A DNA stretch of 63,440 nucleotides, counting the filler. It is 10 parts of 10 records of this genome, joined end to end, with 100 filler letters (N's around TTAATTAATTAA, not from the genome) between each part and the next. Parts side by side here need not be neighbours in the genome. Positions count along the whole stretch, not along the records: positions 52,109 to 57,301 come from SRR31147125_264399; positions 57,402 to 63,440 come from SRR31147125_265549; 8 more parts are not named here. One strand, 5' to 3'. The position numbers were made by a program, and so were the translations under genes. The stretch's first letter is position 1; each line of letters starts with the position of its first letter. This document shows positions 55,709 to 63,440 of the stretch, piece by piece. Below the pieces are notes generated by a model that was not told where the DNA came from, made no database searches, and worked only from the letters and a program-made list of their open reading frames with translations.

Positions 55709-57187
55709 TCAGTCAACCGGCATCGACGCCTGTAACGGTGGCATGCGACGCTCCAGGTGTACTCCCTTTTCAAGGTTGTACCCGCACCGGATCAGCGCGC
55801 CCTCGTGGAAGTGAGGCGCCTGCAACTGGATGCCGATTGGCAGCCCGCTCTCGCTGAAGCCGCCGGGAACCGATATTCCAGGCAACCCAGCCAGGTTCGT
55901 CGACAGCGTGAAGATATCGGAGAGATACATCGCGAGCGGATCATCGACGTTCTCCCCCTTTTTCCACGCCGGTGTCGGGGTTACCGGTGAGACAACCAGG
56001 TCACAGCTCTCCCAGGCTTTCCTGAAATCGTTGAGAATCAGGGTTCTGACCTGGGAAGCCTTTTTGTAATACGCATCGTAGTAGCCGGAGGAGAGCGCAT
56101 AGGTGCCGATCAAAATTCTCCGTTTCACCTCTGCCCCGAACCCCTGAGAGCGGGTATCCCGGTACATGTCGATCAGGTCCTCCGCCGCCTTTTCACGGAA
56201 CCCGTAGGCAACCCCGTCATAGCGGGCAAGATTCGAACTCGCTTCAGCCGGTGCAATCAGGTAGTAGGCCGCCACGCAATACTCGATATGGGGAATCGAC
56301 ACGTCCACCACCCGCGCCCCGGCGTTTCGCAAAACCTCCACCCCGTTCATGACGGTGGCGCGAACTTCCGGGTCGAGGCCTTCACCAAAATACTCCCGGG
56401 GTACCCCGACCGTAACGCCATCAAGCCCCTCGGTTAGGTATGAGCCGTAGTCGTCGACCGGTCGATCGACAGAGGTTGAATCACGCCTGTCGTAGCCGCA
56501 GATTGTCTGCATCATCGCAGCGGAATCAGCCACATCCCTGGTCAGCGGTCCGATCTGGTCGAGCGACGATGCAAAGGCGACCAGACCGTAGCGGGACACA
56601 CGGCCGTAAGTAGGCTTCAAGCCAACAATACCGCACAGTGAGGCCGGCTGCCTGATCGACCCGCCGGTATCCGAACCAAGTGATCCCAGTACCTGACCGG
56701 CCGCCACCGAAGCTGCCGCCCCGCCCGATGATCCGCCGGCTACACAGCCCGTATTCCACGGGTTGGCGGGAACATTGAACGCACACGACTCGGAGGTAGA
56801 CCCCATCGCAAACTCATCCATCGCCACCTTACCGACAATGACAGCTCCCTGATCAGCCAGCTTATCAACCACCGTAGCATTATAAGGCGGTACGAAGTTT
56901 TCGAGTATCTTCGAGCCGCAGGTGGTCGTCAATCCCCTGGTACACAACAGATCTTTCAATGACAGCGGGACCCCTAGCAGTGAACCGCCCTCCCCCTGCT
57001 CTCTCAGCTGATCGGCCCTACCCGCGTCCTCAAATGCCTGATCCGGCTGCAGTGAGATAAAGGCCTGTATGTCCGCCTCCGTTGACTCGATGCGCTCGAG
57101 ACAACTGCGAGTCAACTCCACGGACGACAGTTTTTTATCAGCCATCATCTTGACAGCTTCGGTAATGGTCAACTCATACGGCTCCAT
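55709..57187 (-). CDS. gatA: Asp/Glu-tRNA amidotransferase subunit A
   Basis: DEFAMGS, GGSSGG, GSDTGGSIRQPA, EASSNLARYDG and EVKRRILIGTYALSSGYYDAYY. Confidence 0.96.
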   Translation of the reverse strand: MEPYELTITEAVKMMADKKLSSVELTRSCLERIESTEADIQAFISLQPDQAFEDAGRADQLREQGEGGSLLGVPLSLKDLLCTRGLTTTCGSKILENFVPPYNATVVDKLADQGAVIVGKVAMDEFAMGSTSESCAFNVPANPWNTGCVAGGSSGGAAASVAAGQVLGSLGSDTGGSIRQPASLCGIVGLKPTYGRVSRYGLVAFASSLDQIGPLTRDVADSAAMMQTICGYDRRDSTSVDRPVDDYGSYLTEGLDGVTVGVPREYFGEGLDPEVRATVMNGVEVLRNAGARVVDVSIPHIEYCVAAYYLIAPAEASSNLARYDGVAYGFREKAAEDLIDMYRDTRSQGFGAEVKRRILIGTYALSSGYYDAYYKKASQVRTLILNDFRKAWESCDLVVSPVTPTPAWKKGENVDDPLAMYLSDIFTLSTNLAGLPGISVPGGFSESGLPIGIQLQAPHFHEGALIRCGYNLEKGVHLERRMPPLQASMPVD

Positions 57188-57301
57188 AATATCCTCAAAA
57201 TGTACGGACCTTCCAGGTCCGTTCGATAAAAAATTACATCACTCCAGGGAACCTTGAATAATTCGGATATTGGTTCAAAATCAAGGCGCGTGTGGGAATT
57301 T

Positions 57302-57401
57302 NNNNNNNNNNNNNNNNNNNNNNNNNNNNNNNNNNNNNNNNNNNNTTAATTAATTAANNNNNNNNNNNNNNNNNNNNNNNNNNNNNNNNNNNNNNNNNNN
57401 N
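57302..57401. other. Artificial contig spacer
   Basis: Same linker. Confidence 0.99.
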
Positions 57402-57540
57402 AGTTGTGATGCGTCAGCAATCATGGAGGTTCATTTGAATGCCGGCTTAAACAGGGCCGATTTCAAACCTGTCGCCGTTTAACCACGGTTTTCGATATTC
57501 GTTATGTGTGACAACGCATGGGTGTCTATTGAAAAGCCAT

Positions 57541-58572
57541 TTAAATCTGCGTTCGCTCAAGCCAGCTTTTGGGAAAGAAACCGTGAATATCTTGCCCCAT
57601 TCCTTTTTCTCTGGCCAGCTTCAGTGCCAACTCCCCTAAAGCCAAATCATGAAGTCCCATGCCAAAGGGGCTGAATATACTTGTTTTGCCAGGAACTTTA
57701 GGAGGTTGTGAGCCGTCCAACAAGTCAGCCAACGTGCAGCGAATGAAATCCCGTCTGCCGGTCTGTTGCTCGGCAAGATGCAACGATGTGTTGGCTTTGA
57801 GGACATGATCCGGATCATCCACAATGTTATCTGCACTGAGCATCACCTCGGCAGAGAGATCCCGCAAAGAGATATGGAGAATGACGGCATCGGGGCCGCA
57901 GCTGCTGATGTCGTCGAGATAGGGAACGGCGGATGTGGTACAAAATACGGTAATGTCACCGGCAGCCAAGGTATCGGCATAGGTGTCGGCATACTCGATT
58001 TTCAGGTTCGGATTCCGTTTAAGGCATCTGTCGGCATACTGTATGGCACGATCTCGGTCAAGGTCGAAAAGCACCAGAGTCTCGATTTCGGTCTGACGGA
58101 CCTGGAGGAACTTCAGCACCTCGTAATTAATGGGGCCGCACCCGATGAGCCCCACGGTTTTAGCGGGGATGTCGGCCCTTAGAATATCTCCTGCAAGGGC
58201 GGCGGATGCGGCTGTACGACGGGCGCTGATGATGGAGCTTTCCATGATCGCTTTGGGACGACCGTTCTGCATGCTGTTGAGAATCAAAATAGCGGATGCC
58301 CGCTCCATACCGAGATCAAGGTTTTCAGGAAATGAAGCGATCCACTTGATGCCTGCGGTGTTGAACTCTTTGCCGAGATATGAGGGTAGAGCAATGATAC
58401 GATCCTTCTCTTTTCCGGGAAAGCGGACAAAGCTGGAGTGGGGAAGCGCGGCATCTCCGCCTTTGTGAACGAGGGAAGCCGCTGCAACGGCATCCAATAT
58501 TTCCTGCTCTTTGCCCTCAAACAAGGTGAGGATTTCATCTCCGGTCAGCAGTAAAATCGGCTCTTCGGTCAT
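57541..58572 (-). CDS. sbnB: 2,3-diaminopropionate biosynthesis protein SbnB (ornithine cyclodeaminase family)
   Basis: PHSSFVRFP..DRIIALPSYLG..AGIKWIASFPEN..ERASAILILNS, ISARRTAASA, LHISLRD and FSPFGMG. ATG at 58572 with AAGGA RBS. Confidence 0.92.
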   Translation of the reverse strand: MTEEPILLLTGDEILTLFEGKEQEILDAVAAASLVHKGGDAALPHSSFVRFPGKEKDRIIALPSYLGKEFNTAGIKWIASFPENLDLGMERASAILILNSMQNGRPKAIMESSIISARRTAASAALAGDILRADIPAKTVGLIGCGPINYEVLKFLQVRQTEIETLVLFDLDRDRAIQYADRCLKRNPNLKIEYADTYADTLAAGDITVFCTTSAVPYLDDISSCGPDAVILHISLRDLSAEVMLSADNIVDDPDHVLKANTSLHLAEQQTGRRDFIRCTLADLLDGSQPPKVPGKTSIFSPFGMGLHDLALGELALKLAREKGMGQDIHGFFPKSWLERTQI

Positions 58573-58582
58573 TTTCAATTCC

Positions 58583-60229
58583 TTATAAAGTTTTTTTAAA
58601 AAGTGATGGTGATGATCGATACATTTGTTTGATATCTTTGGTGAATCGCTTCAGGATCTCCGTGCGTTTGAGTTTGTGACTGGCAGAGAGAAGCCCCGAT
58701 TGGAACGTCCACGGTTCTGTCAGCAAGGTGCAGTCTGAGATCGCCACGTTGCCATCCGTCACATCTGATATCAATGCGGTTATGCGTTTGAGAACGGCTT
58801 GTTTAATCGTGAGATCCGTAAGTGCTGCAGCAGGGGAAGCACCTAAGACATGCGTTCGAAAATGGTCAAACACTTTGTCGTTCAGGACAATCAGAGCTGT
58901 GAGATACGGGCGGTTTTTTCCGATCACCATGGCATTATCAAACATCGCATCCTCAAGTAGAGCGGCTTCCAGATCAATGGGAGCGACGCTGTTTCCATCG
59001 GGCAGGGTAATGAGATCATTCAATCTACCCTGGATGAAAATACGTCCTTTCTCATCAATGGAGGCACTATCTCCGGTTTGGAGCCATCCCTTGCCCAACG
59101 TTTTTGCTGTGGCGGTGTCGTTGTTCCAATACCCCATCATGATGCTGGGGCTTTTGACGAGCAACACGCCATTTTCAACTCTCACTTCCGTACCGGGCAA
59201 GGGTTTTCCTACCGATGACGGGACATTGTCTTCAATGCGGTTGACACTGATCACCGGGCCTGCTTCGGCTTGTCCATAACTATTGAGTAGAGGAACGCCC
59301 AACTCTACAAATGTTCTGAGGATTTTGGGTGCCAACTTGCCTCCGGCAAAAAAAGCGTATCGTAACCGCTCTCCCAAAATGTGTTTACAATCAGAGTGGT
59401 ACGGTTTATCTCCTTGCCTTAAAAGTGAATAGAGATATTGATACAGTCGGGTTGCCGATACAATCAAGGTGGGATTGAGCATTGCCAAATCTTCGAGCGA
59501 CGTTGGAAATGCCGTTTCAATGCCCCCCATGGTGAATATTGCCGCACTGCCGGTAAAGGGAATTGCCAAATCGTCGCTCTTGATCGTGATGGTGGCAAGA
59601 AGTGCTTCAAAATTGGACAATATTTGCCTGTGGCTCAACATGACCCCTTTGGGTTTGCCTGATGTGCCTGACGTGTAGTGAATCGTAGCAAGATCATCCG
59701 GATTTACCGCGACAGGGTGTGGGCGGGGATTTTCCCGGTTGTAAAGCCAATGGGTGATCTCATCAAGACGAACGATACGCAGTTTTTCCAAACCAACAGC
59801 CGTTGTATGGGACAATTCAGATGCAATGTCTTGTAGTATATTTTGTTGAATATCTCCTTCTATCAATAAAAATTTGGCATCAACGTCTTTTAAAATGGAG
59901 CTGATGTTTTCCGGTGTGTCTTGAGCAAAAACCGGAACGGACACGAGTCCCAGTGAAAATGCTGAAAGTTCAAAAAGAGTGCGTTCGTAACTAGACGACA
60001 TCATCATGACAACTCGATCTCCTTTGTTTAGAGATTCACGTTGCAATGCACTCTGCCATAGGGCTAGCTCTTTTTCTGTTTGGCCCCAAGTCCTTTTGAC
60101 CCATTTGTTCGCTCTTTTGTCGAAGAAACGAAAGGCGGCTTTTTCCGGAGACAACTTGACGCGGTGCTGAAAAAGTCCAAACAGTGTCCCGGCTTCTTGG
60201 GACGAAATGACATGAGAATGTGTCTGCAT
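58583..60229 (-). CDS. Long-chain acyl-CoA synthetase-like adenylation enzyme with degenerate motifs
   Basis: YTSGTSGKPKGVMLSH P-loop, SVGKPLPG, IMMGYW, WLQTGD and the C-terminal HKLKR. Overall FadD15-like but shortened. Confidence 0.8.
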   Translation of the reverse strand: MQTHSHVISSQEAGTLFGLFQHRVKLSPEKAAFRFFDKRANKWVKRTWGQTEKELALWQSALQRESLNKGDRVVMMMSSSYERTLFELSAFSLGLVSVPVFAQDTPENISSILKDVDAKFLLIEGDIQQNILQDIASELSHTTAVGLEKLRIVRLDEITHWLYNRENPRPHPVAVNPDDLATIHYTSGTSGKPKGVMLSHRQILSNFEALLATITIKSDDLAIPFTGSAAIFTMGGIETAFPTSLEDLAMLNPTLIVSATRLYQYLYSLLRQGDKPYHSDCKHILGERLRYAFFAGGKLAPKILRTFVELGVPLLNSYGQAEAGPVISVNRIEDNVPSSVGKPLPGTEVRVENGVLLVKSPSIMMGYWNNDTATAKTLGKGWLQTGDSASIDEKGRIFIQGRLNDLITLPDGNSVAPIDLEAALLEDAMFDNAMVIGKNRPYLTALIVLNDKVFDHFRTHVLGASPAAALTDLTIKQAVLKRITALISDVTDGNVAISDCTLLTEPWTFQSGLLSASHKLKRTEILKRFTKDIKQMYRSSPSLFKKTL

Positions 60230-60239
60230 TGGATAGACC

Positions 60240-61217
60240 TCACATTACTTCCCAGAGATGGGAAAGATCTCCAAAATAATCACGAACCCAGCCATCGGAA
60301 AAAATTGTGTCTAAATATCGGCTTCCACCGTCCGGGATAATGGCGGCAACCACGGAACCTTCCGGTATTTCATCCCGCATCTTTTCAATGGCTGAAATAA
60401 CGCCTCCGGATGATCCCCCCACCAGAATCGCTTCCGTGTGGAGCATCCTTCGGCATCCAACAACGCAATCCTCATCCGTGATGTGGACAATCTCGTCCTG
60501 GAGATCAGGTTGAAGCAGTTCGGGTTTGCGAGCTGCGCCATGGCCCGGGATACGGCGTTTTGCAGGTGGGTCGTCAAAAATGGCACTTCCTTTTGCGTCT
60601 ACGGCAATCACTTTTGTTTGATCCATTCCGAAAAATCGAAGGTACTCCCGGCAGCCGCGCAAGGTGCCGCATGTGCTGACTGAAACAAAGAGGTAGTCCA
60701 GGTTTCGATTGAGAGCATGGACGATCTCATGCATGGTTTGATGATGGGCTCCCGGATTGTATGGATTGGCATACTGGTTGGTCCAATAGGAATTGGGGAT
60801 GTTTTTCATAAGATCTTTGACCCGATTGACCCTGGCATGGAGATACTCTCCGGTTTCGGGATCCGGTTTTTCGATCATGTCGATCCGGGCACCGAACACC
60901 TTTAACATGTTCAGATTTTGGGTGGTGGTTTTGGGATCGACCACACAGATGAATTTCAGCCCGATAAAATGACACACCTGCGCCATACCGATGCCGAGAT
61001 TACCGGAGCTGGACTCGATGATGGTGGTATTTGTATTGATCTCGCCTTTTTCAAGTCCTCTTTTTATGATATTCACAGAAGTTCTGTCTTTTATGGATCC
61101 ACCCGGATTGAACATCTCCAGCTTGGCCCAGACATTGAAATGGGCATCTTTAAACAGTCGTTCCAGTTGTACGAGAGGAGTGTTGCCGATTGTGCTCAGG
61201 ATTCCGTCACTGCTCAT
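60240..61217 (-). CDS. sbnA: 2,3-diaminopropionate biosynthesis protein SbnA (PLP, cysteine synthase family); in frame with the upstream PKS as sequenced
   Basis: IGNTPLV, KLEMFNPGGSIKDR (PLP Lys), ESSSGNLG, FICVVDPK, YWTNQYANP, VSTCGT, AVDAKGSAIF and RRIPGHGA. 325 aa from the Met at 61217. Confidence 0.9.
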   Translation of the reverse strand: MSSDGILSTIGNTPLVQLERLFKDAHFNVWAKLEMFNPGGSIKDRTSVNIIKRGLEKGEINTNTTIIESSSGNLGIGMAQVCHFIGLKFICVVDPKTTTQNLNMLKVFGARIDMIEKPDPETGEYLHARVNRVKDLMKNIPNSYWTNQYANPYNPGAHHQTMHEIVHALNRNLDYLFVSVSTCGTLRGCREYLRFFGMDQTKVIAVDAKGSAIFDDPPAKRRIPGHGAARKPELLQPDLQDEIVHITDEDCVVGCRRMLHTEAILVGGSSGGVISAIEKMRDEIPEGSVVAAIIPDGGSRYLDTIFSDGWVRDYFGDLSHLWEVM

Positions 61218-63440
61218 TTTTTTCAATAGCTCCAAATGTCGTTTCATCAGTTGTTGCATGGTGGCAATTTGTCGTGTCATAACCTTCTCCAATTCATTTC
61301 CAGTCAGTGCGGTATTGTTCCATGCTGGATTGTTACGAGATTGAAATTGATCATGTACGGTTTCGGGATTGTCCTTCACGTCTTCCCGAGTGCTCATCTC
61401 ATTTGTATCAATTGACCGATTGTTTTGTACGGTAGACGTTGTCGCCGAAAGGGTCGAAATGGGGGAGTCGGATGCGTCATCATTTCTTAAATGCTTATTT
61501 GACGATATCCCATGATTATTGGAAATATGATCGGTGGAGCGGTCTATCCAGTGACGTTCCCTTTGAAACGGGTAATTGGGTAGAGCTGTTTTCCGGTGTT
61601 CGAAAGGCGCCTCGAAATCGTCCCAATTCACATCAATTCCAGCCACATAGAGCTTTGCCAATGCCTGAAGTATGTGGCGGGTATCTGGAATTTTAGGTGA
61701 GAGTGACGCCATTCTGAGCATAGTTGTTTTGGTGTCTGGATCGTTGTCCGGATCAAACCCATCGGGAAGGGTGAGATCGAGATCCACAATGTTGGGGGCC
61801 GGACCTATTTCAAGCAATGTATCGTAATTGCGCCGAATGTGGATCATGCTTTTGACGAATTGGACGGGTTGTCGCATGTGGCGTAACCAATATTCCGCAA
61901 CGGCCACATCATCGCCTGCCTCCGTTCCGGTGATGTTGGAGATCACCGGCACCAACGGCGCTTTAAAAACCACTTTTTCTACAGTCGTCCGGAATTCCTC
62001 CAGGATTGCCTCGGTGAGGGGAGAGTGAAATGCCGTAGAGATGTTCACCTGGATTGTTCTGATACGCTGCTCTTCCAGTGATGCCACCACACGATCCACC
62101 CCTTCTGAAACCCCGGAGATGAGAACGATTTCAGGACCGTTGATCGCAGCAACGGAAACCTGATTCCGATGGGAGACCACCGCCGTTTCCACGATTTCCA
62201 ACGGGGCGAAGACGCTCACCATTTTTCCTTGATCCGGCAGAGCATGCATGAGCCGGGCGCGCTCAACAATCAGTCGAAGGCCGTCCTCGGGGCTGAAAAC
62301 CCCTGCTGCACAGGCTGCACCGTACTCCCCGAGACTGTGCCCCATTACCGCATCTGGAAATATCCCCCAGGATTTCCACAGTTCGGTCAATGCAAACTCC
62401 AGGATGAACATGGCCGGCTGAGTATAGAGCGTGGTATCGAGATCTGATGTGCCGATGTTCGGTTTCAGCAACATTTTGGTAAACGGATTCGATGGCGCCG
62501 CTTTGCCGTCTTTGTCCGTGTTCAAGTCATTTTTACCTACAGTCCCAAGCTCATTATCATTTTCTTTCTTGGGGGGAAACATGACCGTTTTTAGGGATTT
62601 GGGAATATGTCTGTTTAAACCCGACTCATCCAGAAAGTCGAAACAGTGATCCATGGCCTGTCGGAATACGGGCTGCGTATTGTAGAGCTCCAGTCCCATG
62701 TCCGGATATTGGGCACCCTGACCGGTGAAAAGAAAGACAATTTGGGGACGACGTGAGGGGCGGTCTTTCCCTTTATGTCTGAAAAGGGTCGGCCATGGCC
62801 CTGACTCTTCTTGAATTTCCTTTTTCCATCCATTTTCTTCATCGTTTAGATTTCCTTTTTCGCCGATGACTTTCAGGGTGCTCTCTAAAATTGAGAGTGC
62901 ATGGTCATTGGATTCAGCGATGAGGGCCAGTCGATGATTCATGTGGGTACGGCCAACGGCTGCTGTGTGGCAGATATCTTTTAAACCTGCTGCAGTGGGC
63001 GTGGGCTCTTTCAAAAGATCCCTGTACCGGTGGACCAGTGCTGTCAGCGCTTCCCGGCTCCGGGCCGATATCGACAGCATGTGATACGGGCGAATGGGAA
63101 CAAAGGGGGCTTGGTCGGATGTATTTATTTGTTCCATTTGAGCGGATATTGCATTTTTTGAGTGCTCTTTTGAATGGTCACGGCTTTGGGAAAGTTATCC
63201 GGTGGTTCGGAAACAATCACATGGGCATTGGTGCCTCCGAAGGAGAATCCGCTGATGCCTGCAGAGCGAATCCGTTCTCCCTTGTTCCAGGGCAGGTTTT
63301 GGTCTGCCACTTTGATTGGGAGGGAGTTCCAGTTAATTTTGGGGTTGGGTGTATTGAAATGAAGCTGGCCTGGTATGGTTTCATTCTCAAGGCTCATCAC
63401 CACTTTAAAAAGGCTTGCCATTCCGGCAGCCGCCTCCAGA
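61218..63440 (-). CDS. Type I PKS KS(C-terminal part)-AT-linker, 5'-truncated, frameshift at run 63154-63159
   Basis: LEAAAGMASLFK, AGISGFSFGGTNAHVIV (KS); LFTGQGAQY, YTQPA, GHSLGEY, AINGP, TAFHS, EIGP and LPNYPFQRERHW (AT and post-AT). No ACP motif before SbnA. Confidence 0.88.

Noticed and set aside
57402-57424. Start of a further gene downstream of sbnB (MIADASQ...)
   Set aside because: Only seven codons precede the contig end and there is no clear RBS.

Overview
The window is not one locus. It holds ten unrelated contigs joined by nine artificial 100-nt spacers (44 N + TTAATTAATTAA + 44 N). Frequent single-base homopolymer frameshifts look like pyrosequencing-type errors. Contig contents: (1) 1-6266, high-GC Alphaproteobacterium-like: glxR, glycerate kinase, GH38 alpha-mannosidase, DUF1028, GGT. 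(2) 6367-14818, Desulfobacteraceae-like: a Pfa-type iterative PKS that reconstructs as one KS-AT-ACP-ACP-KR-DH-DH'-DH protein, then SulP. (3) 14919-23605, eukaryotic: an intron-containing gene for a >2800-aa Gly/Val beta-repeat fibre- or spike-like protein. (4) 23706-29064, sulfate-reducer-like: hemW, exported beta-carbonic anhydrase with a Cys-rich tail, selB, an unannotated 58-aa membrane ORF, start of tRNA-His. (5) 29165-34265, eukaryotic: tenascin-like EGF-array gene with a duplicated unknown domain, and ARF1. (6) 34366-39638: acyl-CoA dehydrogenase, acyl-CoA synthetase, XRE-cupin regulator, methyltransferase. (7) 39739-46039, eukaryotic and intron-rich: a multi-TM/TPR region and the start of an RWP-RK gene. 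(8) 46140-52008, spirochaete-like: sugar ABC permease, HAD, YesMN-like pair, MCP. (9) 52109-57301, Desulfobulbaceae-like: rlmL, pal, cmk, hisC, gatA. (10) 57402-63440: a KS-AT PKS running into SbnA, then a degenerate acyl-AMP ligase and SbnB. The best candidates for new biology are the PKS/diaminopropionate operon (contig 10), the giant eukaryotic spike-like protein (contig 3), the fused Pfa megasynthase (contig 2) and the repeated orphan domain in the EGF protein (contig 5). Taxonomic labels are inferences from gene content and composition; no database searches were run.
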